Notes: generated by a model from the letters alone, not told the origin. Shown: positions 32,200 through 42,783, counted from the stretch's first letter. The stretch is 64,000 nucleotides of DNA from an uncultured Desulfatitalea sp. (GCA_963668675.2 CAXXMB010000001.1:448001-512000), one strand, 5' to 3'. Program-made: numbers and translations.

Positions 32200-32373
32200 A
32201 ACAGTCTAATTGCCGAATCAGATACCTATACATTGGCTGTTCGCTTCAGTAAATCGGCAATTGAATAGTCCTACCTTTGTCATCCTGGACTTGATCCAGG
32301 ATCCAGTAACTGTCTGGAATCTGGCGAAAGCCGGAATACAGAGCAAAATGAATCAAACCTTTGGGAATTCAAA

Positions 32374-32838
32374 ATGAAAAAAGTGGCATCGACAGTTAAA
32401 CTAGGCAAAGACGTTTTCCTAAGCGACTATATAAATCTATACGGTTGCTCAATAGGAGATAACACAAAGGTAGGTCCGTTTGTTGAGATACAAAAAAACG
32501 CATATATAGGTGCAAATTGTAAGATACAAAGTCACACATTCATCTGCGAAGGCGTATCAATTGATGATAACGTATTCATTGGGCACGGCGTTATGTTCAC
32601 AAACGATATTTACCCGAGATCAACCAAACAAAATGGAGAAATGCAAAACGAAGAAGATTGGGAAGTGGTACAAACATTAGTAAAAAAGGGGGCTTCAATA
32701 GGCTCTAACGCTACTCTTCTTTGTGGTATTGAAATAGGCTTAAATAGTATAATTGGGGCAGGTAGTGTGGTAACAAAGAACATACCAGATAATGTTATTG
32801 TAGCAGGTAACCCTGCTAAAATTATAAGAAAACTATAG
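32374..32838 (+). CDS. LbH N-acetyltransferase (WbpD/WlbB-like)
   Basis: FICEGV.I, FTND.YPRS and GASIGSNAT motifs. Confidence 0.88.
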   Translation: MKKVASTVKLGKDVFLSDYINLYGCSIGDNTKVGPFVEIQKNAYIGANCKIQSHTFICEGVSIDDNVFIGHGVMFTNDIYPRSTKQNGEMQNEEDWEVVQTLVKKGASIGSNATLLCGIEIGLNSIIGAGSVVTKNIPDNVIVAGNPAKIIRKL

Positions 32839-32967
32839 ATTTTAAGGATTGCATATAGATTCGAATGCAAAAGCCTCAAAAGGAACAAGTAATAGACATT
32901 GCTTAGCAAGGAGAGCATGTGAGGTACATAAGTACTTCTAGAAAATTAAAATAGATGGAGGTTTAGT

Positions 32968-33693
32968 ATGCGACGATTATTTTTGTTAACCTTTGTATTT
33001 ATTTTATGTCCGGTAGCTGCAAAAGGATATTCACTTTCTTACAATTCTATCTTCACTGGCGGGTATGATAGTTTAAATATTGCGTGGTCTCCGGTAAACA
33101 AGGAAATTAGTACATGGCGAACAGGTAACACTTGGTTCTATATGCCTGAAGGGATATTCATATCATCTGATGAAAATGAAACGGATTCTGTCTTAGCTGT
33201 TATTTCTTGTGCCTATTATATTGATTATACGGTGGGTACAATTCTAAATGATAATTTTTCAGAATATGATGTATCGTTCTCTATTCCTTACTATGAGGTG
33301 CCAGAAAAGAAAGTATTTACAATACCAATTAATGAAACAATAGATCTGTACTCATGGTTGGTCCCCCAGTCTCTGTGCCATATTGGAATAAATATTGAAG
33401 ATTTTCCAGTACCAATTGATCCGGAACTGCATGCTTTTACTGAAATATATGGAGAAATAAAGGCGTGTATAGATATCCAATTAGTAGATGTCTATCCTAT
33501 TACAGAATCTTCAACAAAATATTTTTTTATATTTTCAGTTATTTCTATCTCTTTATATCGTCAAATAAAACAATTATATTATTGTGTTGTTAGAAAAGTA
33601 AAAGATAGGCTTGATCCTCCTTTTTTGATTTCGATGTGTTATCGACAAACCGATTATAAAGAAAGAAGAGGTCAGAGCCTATTATTTTATTAG
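32968..33693 (+). CDS. Secreted protein with a degenerate PEP-CTERM-like segment
   Basis: GGAGG RBS; signal peptide; PITESST + hydrophobic run + RQIK near the C-terminus. Confidence 0.5.
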   Translation: MRRLFLLTFVFILCPVAAKGYSLSYNSIFTGGYDSLNIAWSPVNKEISTWRTGNTWFYMPEGIFISSDENETDSVLAVISCAYYIDYTVGTILNDNFSEYDVSFSIPYYEVPEKKVFTIPINETIDLYSWLVPQSLCHIGINIEDFPVPIDPELHAFTEIYGEIKACIDIQLVDVYPITESSTKYFFIFSVISISLYRQIKQLYYCVVRKVKDRLDPPFLISMCYRQTDYKERRGQSLLFY

Positions 33694-33737
33694 AAAGCAA
33701 TTATATGTTATTCCTGACTTTGGGATAGAGAAATTCT

Positions 33738-34703
33738 ATGAACTCAAAATTCTCAACTACATTATCGACTAGAATCTACTATACAATTAAACCTGCAATT
33801 CCTCGTTATTTACAACTGATGATTCGTAGAAAAATCGTACTATTTAAACGTGAGCAAAATAGAAACGTTTGGCCTATTGACGAATCAGCAAGTAGTCTAC
33901 CTAATTGTTGGAAAGGATGGCGAGAAAAGAAGAAGTTTGCATTGGTATTAATGCATGATGTAGACACACAATTTGGACATGACAAATGTCGCTATTTAAT
34001 GGATTTAGAAGAAAAACTTGGCTTCCGTTCAACCTTCAATTTCGTAGCTGAAAGGTACAAAATTTCGAAAAAACTATTTGATGAAATAAGATTAAGAGGA
34101 TTTGGCATTGGTGTCCACGGCCTTAAGCATGATGGTAAGCTATTTTCGAACAAAAAAATATTCTTAAAGAGGGCAAAAAAAATTAATAAATATTTATCGG
34201 AATGGGGAACATGTGGCTTTTCTGCACCTTCAATGCTACGTAATTTGCATTGGATGCAGGATTTAAATATAGAGTACGCTACATCAACCTTTGATACAGA
34301 TCCATTTGAACCTCAGCCGGATGGTGTAAAAAGAATATTTCCATTTTGGGTGCAAACAGATGCTAGTAAGCATGGATATATAGAAATACCTTACACGATG
34401 CCCCAAGATTTTACTTTGTTTATAATAATGAAAGAAAAAAACACAGATGTATGGAAAAACAAGCTAAATTGGATTGCAGATAAACGTGGTATGGTTTTGC
34501 TGAATACCCATCCAGATTACATGAATTATGGATCAAAAAAGAATAGAAGTGAAGAATACAACGCAAGACTATATTGTGATTTTCTAAAATGGATCAAGAC
34601 AGTGCATTGTGGTGATTATTGGCATGCATTAACAATAGAAGTTGCTGATTATTATGCTGAATGGCGAGTCTCAAAATACACTAAACTAATAAATTCTTGT
34701 TAG
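33738..34703 (+). CDS. Polysaccharide deacetylase-like (NodB/CE4 fold) protein
   Basis: LMHDVD, GVHGLKHD and HPDY motifs. Confidence 0.75.
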   Translation: MNSKFSTTLSTRIYYTIKPAIPRYLQLMIRRKIVLFKREQNRNVWPIDESASSLPNCWKGWREKKKFALVLMHDVDTQFGHDKCRYLMDLEEKLGFRSTFNFVAERYKISKKLFDEIRLRGFGIGVHGLKHDGKLFSNKKIFLKRAKKINKYLSEWGTCGFSAPSMLRNLHWMQDLNIEYATSTFDTDPFEPQPDGVKRIFPFWVQTDASKHGYIEIPYTMPQDFTLFIIMKEKNTDVWKNKLNWIADKRGMVLLNTHPDYMNYGSKKNRSEEYNARLYCDFLKWIKTVHCGDYWHALTIEVADYYAEWRVSKYTKLINSC

Positions 34704-35154
34704 AATATTGCTATGAAAATACAAATCCAATATGCTTATAACCACGGCCAAAAAATAAGCAAACAATTAGGGTTTAATACTGCTAATAATGCTCTATATT
34801 ACGTAATGAAAAGCTTGATGCCGCACGCTTAAAAAAAGCTGAGCGATGATTTGAAAAAAGTCATCAGATCGCGCATTGCCGGTAAAAATTATTAAAAAAT
34901 CTGCTAACTCGGCGACATCAAAAGTATCACAACATGAAGTATTTACAGGAAATGCGCAAAGAATAAAAATCAAGCTTAAAATTATGAAACGGAAACGTAG
35001 TAAAGACAGCAATAGGAAGCCTATTTTCGATCAGAGGCAACCTTTGAAGTCAGCAATTACCTTTTAAAAAATACTTCAAAAATTCAAAGATCCGCTAAGC
35101 GGTAAAACGATGGATTAATAACCTGGGCTAAAAACATCGTTTAAGGAATAAATT

Positions 35155-36321
35155 ATGAAAGCATGTATGGTAGCATATACTTTCTATGAAAATGATATGA
35201 GAGTGAGAAGATATGCTGAGACCCTTTCGAAAAATGGATTTGAAGTATTTGTTGTATCATTACGGCAGAAAAGCCAGAAAAAATTTGAAATTTTAAACAA
35301 TGTTAAGATATATAGAATACAAAAAAGACAAGTAAACGAAAGAAGTAAATTACAATACCTTCTAAGAATTATTGAATTTCTATTCCGTTCTACAATATTT
35401 ATAACTAAAGAAAGTATAAAAAATAAAATCGATATAATACATGTACACTCGGTACCCGACTTCGAAGTTTTCTCAGCAATATTTGCAAAGCTAAGAAATA
35501 GTATTATAATACTCGATATACACGATATTGTTCCAGAATTTTATGCCAGTAAGTTCAAAGTTAAAAATAGTTCAAGCACTATTAAATTGCTAAAAATTAT
35601 CGAGTATCTATCGTGTTGTATTTCAGATTATGTAATAATCGCAAATGACATTTGGAAAAACAAATTAGTCAAAAGATCAGTTCAAGAAAGTAAATGTACA
35701 GCATTTATTAATTATCCAGACACAAGGTTATTCGGAGAAAGGAAAAATTACAGTAGCGATAAATTCACTTTTTTATATCCAGGAACGTTAAACTGGCATC
35801 AGGGGCTGGATATAGCAATTAATGCTTTTGAGATAGCTCAAAAAAAATTTTCTAATAATGTGGAGTTTTGTATATACGGTGAAGGTCCTTCAAAAGAGAA
35901 ATTAATCGAAAGTGTTAAGGGGAAAAAGTTAGAGAGCAAAATCAAGTTTTATAATAGTGTATCAATAGAAGAAATAGCCAAAATTATGTCAGAGGCAGAT
36001 GTAGGAGTAATACCGAAAAGAAATGATCCTTTCGGCGGAGACGCTTTTAGTACAAAGTCCTTAGAATTTATGGCCGCAGGAATTCCGGTTCTAATGTCTA
36101 AAACCAGAATAGATAACTATTACTTTAATAATAAAGAAGTACTATTTTTTAATCCTGAGGACGAAAAGGATTTATCAGAAAAAATGATTCAAATTGCTAA
36201 TAATTCTCAGTTAAGAGAAAAATTAGTCAAAAATGGAAAAGAATTATCAAGAAAACTCTCATGGGATAATTATCAAAACCAGTATTTGAAGATTATTTCA
36301 AATTTATTAAGAAGAAAATAA
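35155..36321 (+). CDS. Glycosyltransferase family 4
   Basis: DMRVRR, LDIHD, G+L...QGLD and K.LEFMAAGIP motifs. Confidence 0.88.
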   Translation: MKACMVAYTFYENDMRVRRYAETLSKNGFEVFVVSLRQKSQKKFEILNNVKIYRIQKRQVNERSKLQYLLRIIEFLFRSTIFITKESIKNKIDIIHVHSVPDFEVFSAIFAKLRNSIIILDIHDIVPEFYASKFKVKNSSSTIKLLKIIEYLSCCISDYVIIANDIWKNKLVKRSVQESKCTAFINYPDTRLFGERKNYSSDKFTFLYPGTLNWHQGLDIAINAFEIAQKKFSNNVEFCIYGEGPSKEKLIESVKGKKLESKIKFYNSVSIEEIAKIMSEADVGVIPKRNDPFGGDAFSTKSLEFMAAGIPVLMSKTRIDNYYFNNKEVLFFNPEDEKDLSEKMIQIANNSQLREKLVKNGKELSRKLSWDNYQNQYLKIISNLLRRK

Positions 36322-36482
36322 CAGAGAAACTTGTAATATCTATTTATAAGTAGAAATAAAACATTATTGATAACTAAGAAAAATTATTTAAAAGATATTG
36401 TTTTATATATGGTAATTATAAAGATAAAAAAATCTGAACGATAGAATTACTAATAACTTTCCATTTAGAAGAAATTAATTAA

Positions 36483-37323
36483 CCCGATTCTCTATGAAAC
36501 TTAAGCTCGCGTTTAAGTGTGACCGGATTTGTCACACACCGCTGTTATAATAGTCTCAAAAAAATGACAAAGGAGGCCGTTATGACAAAATTTAAGATTG
36601 CAGAAAATTTCGAAAAAATGAGATTGAATTTGATCAACGTTTTTCTGACCCTAAAGCTTGCTACGATTATCTGTTTTAACATAAATGGCCCAATGGATTT
36701 ATCTGTAAAAAATGCGGCCACAATAGATACTGGGTCAGCGCACGTAATCTTTATATTTGCACCCAGTGTGAATACACACATTCGTTGACCACTGGTATCA
36801 TTATGGACAGTACAAAAAGTCCGATTACATATTGGTTCAAGGCCATGTGGTGGTTTACTACGCGAAAATCGGGGATCAATGCTACAAATCTGAAAGAACT
36901 ATTAGGCTTTGGAAGCTATGGAACAGCATGGACCCGGCTGCAAAAACTCAGACGATGCACCATACGCCAGGAACACAGTAAACTATCGGGCGCGTTGAAG
37001 TGGATGAATTTTTCATTGAAAGATCTATTAAAAGCAGTTCCAAGGAAAATGAAAGCCTGTATGGTGTTCATTTGGTAACTTTACTGATAAAGAGGCTCAT
37101 CCGTCGAACATTTCAAGGTCGCTTCGAGCCCAAGTATCTTCAAAACTATATGAACGAGTATGCGTTTCGTTTTAATCGCAGAAAAGCAAAGAGCATTGGT
37201 AAAAAGTTCATGCGACTAGTTTAAATAGCAATAGCATCGAAAAAAATTACATATCCCAAAATTACGTGGGATATGGACACAATTTATGAATATTATGCAA
37301 CTTAAGTTTCATAGAAAACCGGG
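36483..37323 (+). mobile_element. Decayed IS1595-family element (frameshifted, internally deleted transposase)
   Basis: TIR CCCGATTCTCTATGAAACTTAAG / CTTAAGTTTCATAGAAAACCGGG; flanks TTAATTAA/TAAATTAA. Zn-ribbon, TAW..LQKLR, EVDE and YLQNYMNEYAFRFNRR fragments in different frames. Confidence 0.85.
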
Positions 37324-37340
37324 TAAATTAATTTAAAAAT

Positions 37341-38198
37341 ATGTATAAAAGATATTTAAAAAATTTTAGGCCAGACAAGGTTATATCAATATTTGCACTA
37401 AATATTTTTCGAGTGCTAAAATTAGAAAAAATATCTAAGGGGCTTCCTGTGCTAATGTATCATAGCGTATCAAATATTAAAGAAAGCAATAAAAATACTT
37501 ATTTCAATATAAATACCTCTCCAAATCTATTAGAGATGCATTTGAATTGGCTTTATAAGAATGGGTATAACACGATAGAAATCAAAGAGTTAGGGAATAA
37601 AACAAGTTATTTAATTAATAGCAAAAAAATTCTTCTAACGTTTGATGATGGTTATTACGATTTTTATTTAAATGCATTTCCGATTATTCAAAAATATGGA
37701 TTTAAAGCAATAATATTTCTTCCTACAAAATATATTGGAAGAAATAATATGAGCTTCAATAATAGAAAAATGCTTTCGTGGCGCGATATTAGATATCTAA
37801 ATAATAATGGTATAGAATTCGGTTCTCATACAATGACCCATCCTATACTTTATAAAGAAAAATATTCATCAATATACAAAGAGTTAAATGTTTCAAAGAA
37901 AATAATTGAAAATGAAATCGACAAAAAAATATCTGCTTTTTCATACCCCTATGCATTTCCTCAACACGATTCTCATTTTATTTCTAATTACAAAGGATTA
38001 CTAGATAAAATCGGTTATAAATTTGCGGTAACAACAAAAATAGGCATACAGAAATATGGAGAAAATTTGAAAACAGTAAAAAGACTTCCTATAAATAACT
38101 CTGATAATGTTGATTTGTTGGAAGCTAAAGTAAGTGGTTGCTACAATTGGGTTCAAAAATTACAAGGAATGAATAAAAAAGTTAGCATGCATAACTAA
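37341..38198 (+). CDS. Polysaccharide deacetylase
   Basis: PVLMYH, LTFDDG, GSHTMTH and FSYPY motifs. Confidence 0.92.
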   Translation: MYKRYLKNFRPDKVISIFALNIFRVLKLEKISKGLPVLMYHSVSNIKESNKNTYFNINTSPNLLEMHLNWLYKNGYNTIEIKELGNKTSYLINSKKILLTFDDGYYDFYLNAFPIIQKYGFKAIIFLPTKYIGRNNMSFNNRKMLSWRDIRYLNNNGIEFGSHTMTHPILYKEKYSSIYKELNVSKKIIENEIDKKISAFSYPYAFPQHDSHFISNYKGLLDKIGYKFAVTTKIGIQKYGENLKTVKRLPINNSDNVDLLEAKVSGCYNWVQKLQGMNKKVSMHN

Positions 38199-38247
38199 TG
38201 GAATTAGGGCGTTTTGAAAGTGGCAGACTATATGTCAGGAGCAAAAG

Positions 38248-39198
38248 ATGATTAGTGTATCATTTATAATCCCAAGTTGGAATGCAAAAGAATATCTCCT
38301 TAAATGCATAGATTCTATTGTTAATAACTGCACGCAATATAAATACGAAATTATTATAGTAGATAATTGCTCGAGTGATGGATCAGCAGAGGCTGTATCT
38401 AAAAAATTTCAAGAAATACAAGTTATAAATCTCGAAAAGAATTTAGGTTTTGCCAAAGCATGCAATATTGGTATAAAAAAAAGTAAAGGGGATTTACTAT
38501 TTATTGTAAATTCCGATACTGAGGTATTTCAAGAAAATATTACAAAAATGATAAAGTATATGAAAAAAAATTCAGATGTAGGAATACTAGGGCCGCGTGT
38601 GCAAGGGGCAGACGGAAGAATACAAAGGTCATATATGAGAACACCGACAGTATGGAATCAACTATGTCGCACACTATTTCTTGATAAAATGACCAAAAAA
38701 TCAAAATTTTTTGGTGGATATCTAATGAAAGATTTTTGTAATGATATTACAACTACAGTAGATATTATAAACGGTTGTTTTTGGGTTGTTAGAAAAGTTG
38801 CATTAAAAACTGTAGGATTGCTTGATGAGAGATTCTTTATATACGGTGAAGATATGGATTGGTGCCTGAGATTTAGACAAAAAGGATGGAAGGTCGTATA
38901 TTTTTCAGGAGCAAATATAATTCATTATGGAGGTATGAGTTCTGCTAACGCTCCATTAAAATTTTACATCGAAATGCAAAAAGCAAATCTTGTATTTTGG
39001 ATAAAACATAAAAATAAATTAGAAGTTTATTTATATGTTTGTATACAATTACTACATATGTTCATTAGATGTGCTGGTTATCGAATTATAGCTATCTTTA
39101 AAAATAAGGAGAAAAAATCTTTATATAAAAAAAGTCGTTTCTATCTAGAGACTTTAAATTGGTATTTAAATGAAATAAAATATTTTTATGAAATATAG
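38248..39198 (+). CDS. Glycosyltransferase family 2
   Basis: VDNCSSDGS, NLGFAKACN, NSD and FFIYGEDMD motifs. Confidence 0.92.
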   Translation: MISVSFIIPSWNAKEYLLKCIDSIVNNCTQYKYEIIIVDNCSSDGSAEAVSKKFQEIQVINLEKNLGFAKACNIGIKKSKGDLLFIVNSDTEVFQENITKMIKYMKKNSDVGILGPRVQGADGRIQRSYMRTPTVWNQLCRTLFLDKMTKKSKFFGGYLMKDFCNDITTTVDIINGCFWVVRKVALKTVGLLDERFFIYGEDMDWCLRFRQKGWKVVYFSGANIIHYGGMSSANAPLKFYIEMQKANLVFWIKHKNKLEVYLYVCIQLLHMFIRCAGYRIIAIFKNKEKKSLYKKSRFYLETLNWYLNEIKYFYEI

Positions 39199-39241
39199 CG
39201 AAGAAAATACCTCTAATACTGTGAAAGGTGTTTAGGAAATA

Positions 39242-40129
39242 ATGAATAAAAGGTATGTTATATTAACTGCAGCAAAGAATGAAATAAATTATATTAAGAA
39301 AACGCTTAATTCTGTGATAAGTCAAACGCATAAGCCAAGTGAATGGGTAATAGTAAGTGACAAGTCGACCGATGGAACTGAGGAATTAATAAAGAAATAT
39401 GAAAAGAAATATAAGTTTATAAAGCTTGTAGCACTAAAGGGTGAATCAAAAAGAGATTTTGGTTCTCAAGTACACGCAATCAATAAAGGATATAAGAAAT
39501 TAGAAAAAAGTAATTATGAATTTATAGGTAACATAGATGCTGATGTATCTTTTGAACCTGCATACTTCGAAAATTTAATAAATAAATTTGAAAATAATCC
39601 AAAAATAGGTATAGCAGGTGGTACAATATACGAAAAAAGGAAAAATGATTCAAAATTCAAATATAGAAAAGGAAATTCATTGAAGAATGTACCACATGCA
39701 GTTCAATTATTTAGAAAAGAATGTTTTGAAGAAATTGGTGGCTACATTCCACTAAAATACGGCGGACCTGATTGGTATGCTGAGATTAATGCAAAAATGC
39801 ACGGGTGGATAGTACGTTCTTTTGAAGATTTAATAGTTAAACATCATAAACCAACATTAAGTGGTGAAGGATTTCTTAAAGGGGCCATAAGGCAAGGGAA
39901 AATGGATTATTCCATCGGAACAAATCCTGTATTCGAATTAATAAAATGTTTATATAGAATTAACGTTTATCCAAATATTTTTTACCCTTTTTATAGATTA
40001 TTTGGATATGTGACTTGCATAATTAAAAATGAAAAAAGGGAAGCAACTAGTGATGCAATTAAGTACTTGCAGAATGAACAAATATCTAGATTGAAGGATG
40101 TTGCAAAAAATATAATAAAAATTAAGTAA
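39242..40129 (+). CDS. Glycosyltransferase family 2
   Basis: AKNE, D.STDGT and DAD motifs. Confidence 0.9.
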   Translation: MNKRYVILTAAKNEINYIKKTLNSVISQTHKPSEWVIVSDKSTDGTEELIKKYEKKYKFIKLVALKGESKRDFGSQVHAINKGYKKLEKSNYEFIGNIDADVSFEPAYFENLINKFENNPKIGIAGGTIYEKRKNDSKFKYRKGNSLKNVPHAVQLFRKECFEEIGGYIPLKYGGPDWYAEINAKMHGWIVRSFEDLIVKHHKPTLSGEGFLKGAIRQGKMDYSIGTNPVFELIKCLYRINVYPNIFYPFYRLFGYVTCIIKNEKREATSDAIKYLQNEQISRLKDVAKNIIKIK

Positions 40130-40229
40130 CTATTCAGCGTAAATCAAAAAATAGAAATAATAAAAAAAGTCTTGGCCGTGTTATTGAGAAAAAGGACAAA
40201 AAAATACTTCTCATTAGCTCTTTTACATA

Positions 40230-40421
40230 GGGTTTGCAGAATTTCAGATAAGTAATCGTAAATGTGAATAAAATGTCCCATACTATTGAGCGTAAGTGAA
40301 CGGAAAATCGCCTTTTTTGCCAATAACCCTTGCACTTTACTTTCCAGAAAAAAATGTACAGACATAATTAAAACAAATGGAATTCGAAAGCTTTAATCTT
40401 TCCTTTGATAGCAAATTGAAC
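40230..40421 (+). mobile_element. Left-end remnant of an IS5-family element, cut off by IS66
   Basis: Colinear with 55964-56157 (TIR, leader and first ~23 codons). Confidence 0.8.
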
Positions 40422-40449
40422 GTAAGCGTCAAAGGAAGTACACCTGCAG

Positions 40450-42042
40450 CTATACGCGTGATGAGCTGATCAGTTCAGGATCGATATTCTGAGGCAGCAG
40501 TTTCCGATAGTCACTTTGATCTTTGACAAGCGGAAGTCGTTCAAACAGACAACGAAGATAAGAGTACGGCTCCAGCCCATTGGCCTTGGCAGTTTCAATC
40601 AGGGTAAAAAACGTTGCGGCAGCATCAGCCCCATTGGGTGCACCGGCAAATAGCCAATTTTTTCTTCCTACAACGAATGGGCGGATGGCATTTTCGGCAG
40701 CGTTGTTGTCAGGTTTATAATGCCCATCTTCGATATACACCGTCAGTTTGGACCAGTTGCGAAGGCTATAGTTGATGGCGATGCCCAATAGCCCTTTCGG
40801 AGGTGTCAACGGTTGCGTCTTTTCCAGCCACTTTTCAAACGCATCCAGGATCGGCTTGGCTTTCTCCTGGCGAAGGGCATGGACCTGCTCCGGTGACATC
40901 TGCTGATCCCGAGCGAACCTTTCAACTTTGTACAATAGGCCGATGTAATCCAACGTCTCATCTGCAAGGGTTTTCGTATCGACCCGTTTGCCCCGGTTTT
41001 TTTTGCGGGCCTTGATCGCCTCGGTGAACTTGCGCCGGGCATGCGCCCAGCACCCCATGTGGACGATGTCCTTTTTCTTACCCAGGTAATCATAGCCGTT
41101 ATAATCGTCGCTTTGGATCGTGCCTTTGTAATCATCCAAAAACGTCAAGGCTACTTTACCACTGCGGGTGGGGTGATACCGATACAACACACTCGGCTGA
41201 TCATATTGCCCACCGCAAAAGACCCACATGTACGATTTGCTGGTGTTGGCGCGGCCGGGCTCTTTTAAGACCTGAAGCGGCGTTTCGTCCATCTGGATCA
41301 AGGGGCCCTCCCGGATCTGTTGCTCGACCAATTCGATCAGGGGGCTGCATCGCCGGGCTGCCTGCACCAGCCAATTGGCCATGGTGGCACGCGACAGATC
41401 CACACCCAAGCGGGCAAACATCTTTTGCTGACGGTAAAGCGGCAGGGCGTCGGCAAACTTGGACACAGCAATGTGCGCCAAAAGCCCTTCGGTGACCATC
41501 GACTTTTCGATCAGCTGGACCGTGGCCGACGCGATCTTTACCGTGGGACCGTCATCTTCAACGCCCTCACAACTTTTGCAGGCGTATTTGTACCGGACAT
41601 GGCGTATCACCTGAACCTTGGCCGGTATATAGTCAAGCTTTTCGCAGGTCTCTTGTCCGATGCGGCTCAGCTTGGCGCCGCAGGCACACATCTTTTGATC
41701 TTCGGGCAGATCGTGGATGACCTCGACGCGCGGCAGATCCTCGGGCAACGTTTTGCGACCGCGCTTGCGCCGCTTGTGGGCAGGAACAACGATCGTGTCC
41801 TGTGATGTTGGGACTGGATCGGGCGTATCGTCCAGTCGACCAAAAATCGGCATCTGGCGATCATCGCCCTGGCGGCGTTGTTCGCTCTTTCGGCCAAACA
41901 GCTCGTTTTGCAATAAGCGGATGCGCTCTTCCAGGTAATGGATCTTTTCCTGGTACTTTTGATCGATGGCTTCGATCAAAGAAGCAATGTCTTGCTTGGA
42001 TAAGCGAACATCATCAGGCAGGCTGGACAGGTCCGATTTTAT
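40450..42042 (-). CDS. tnpC: IS66 transposase TnpC
   Basis: LFGRKSE, LPLYRQ, DET, CWAHARRKF and DNN.AENAIRP..GRKNWLF motifs. The frame extends to an ATA at 42042 (..SLPDDV..); the first canonical start is TTG 41979. Confidence 0.92.
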   Translation of the reverse strand: MKSDLSSLPDDVRLSKQDIASLIEAIDQKYQEKIHYLEERIRLLQNELFGRKSEQRRQGDDRQMPIFGRLDDTPDPVPTSQDTIVVPAHKRRKRGRKTLPEDLPRVEVIHDLPEDQKMCACGAKLSRIGQETCEKLDYIPAKVQVIRHVRYKYACKSCEGVEDDGPTVKIASATVQLIEKSMVTEGLLAHIAVSKFADALPLYRQQKMFARLGVDLSRATMANWLVQAARRCSPLIELVEQQIREGPLIQMDETPLQVLKEPGRANTSKSYMWVFCGGQYDQPSVLYRYHPTRSGKVALTFLDDYKGTIQSDDYNGYDYLGKKKDIVHMGCWAHARRKFTEAIKARKKNRGKRVDTKTLADETLDYIGLLYKVERFARDQQMSPEQVHALRQEKAKPILDAFEKWLEKTQPLTPPKGLLGIAINYSLRNWSKLTVYIEDGHYKPDNNAAENAIRPFVVGRKNWLFAGAPNGADAAATFFTLIETAKANGLEPYSYLRCLFERLPLVKDQSDYRKLLPQNIDPELISSSRV

Positions 42043-42106
42043 GCCTGCGTGTATAGCATAACCGGCCGTTATTTTAAAGGGTATTTCTTAAAAAGAAGTA
42101 AAATAT

Positions 42107-42454
42107 TTATGCTACCGCCGAGTAGTATAAATGCTCGTGGGCACTAGTAAAGTCAAGGCCGGCCAGAAGCCAGTTCAACTGTTTGGCGCCGATGGTCACC
42201 ACCTCATCAACTGACGCCGGCCATTTGAAGCGATGCTTTTCAAGACGCTTGAGCCACAGACAAAAGCCGTTGGTATCCCAGTACAGGATCTTGATGATGG
42301 TGCGTGCCCGATTGCAAAACACGAACAGATCCCCGGAAAATGGGTTCAATGACATGTCCTGCTCGACCATGATCGAAAGCCCGTTGATGGCCTTTCTCAT
42401 ATCGGTGTGCCCGACGGCCAGAAAGACGCGCTGGGTGTTTTGCGGCAGCATCAT
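42107..42454 (-). CDS. tnpB: IS66 accessory protein TnpB
   Basis: TDMRK.I.GL, FVFCNR, KILYWD.NGF and KRLE..RF.WP motifs; ATGA overlap with tnpA. Confidence 0.92.
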   Translation of the reverse strand: MMLPQNTQRVFLAVGHTDMRKAINGLSIMVEQDMSLNPFSGDLFVFCNRARTIIKILYWDTNGFCLWLKRLEKHRFKWPASVDEVVTIGAKQLNWLLAGLDFTSAHEHLYYSAVA

Positions 42455-42783
42455 AGCGCCGTAACCGTTGCGATGAGTTGTCTCAGCATATGCGGATCGA
42501 AGTTGCCGGGGACATCGATGCAAAACCCGTTGGGGGTATGCAATTTCAATGTTGCCCGATTGACCGGCACGGGAAGATCGGATGCCACTTTCAACGGTAC
42601 GAATGAGATACTCTGCTCGGCTTCTGCCAAGCGGGTTTTCCAGTAGCTCATCTGGTATTGCTTGATCCCGTGCTCCCGGCAATAGGCTGCCTGCTTCATA
42701 CCGCTTTGTTGCCAGGCATTAATGTGGTGTTGCCAATACTGCCGCTTTTGTTTGCGATCTTGGTTTGAAATGGTGGTATTCAT
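42451..42783 (-). CDS. tnpA: IS66 accessory protein TnpA
   Basis: W..HI.AW..SG....YCREHG HTH-like motif and FVPL. Confidence 0.85.
   Translation of the reverse strand: MNTTISNQDRKQKRQYWQHHINAWQQSGMKQAAYCREHGIKQYQMSYWKTRLAEAEQSISFVPLKVASDLPVPVNRATLKLHTPNGFCIDVPGNFDPHMLRQLIATVTAL

Noticed and set aside
34790..35100. Possible gene or IS remnant between the deacetylase and GT4; similar debris at 48200-48860, 50060-50550 and 59150-59720
   Set aside because: Composition suggests mobile-element debris, but no family could be assigned by eye.
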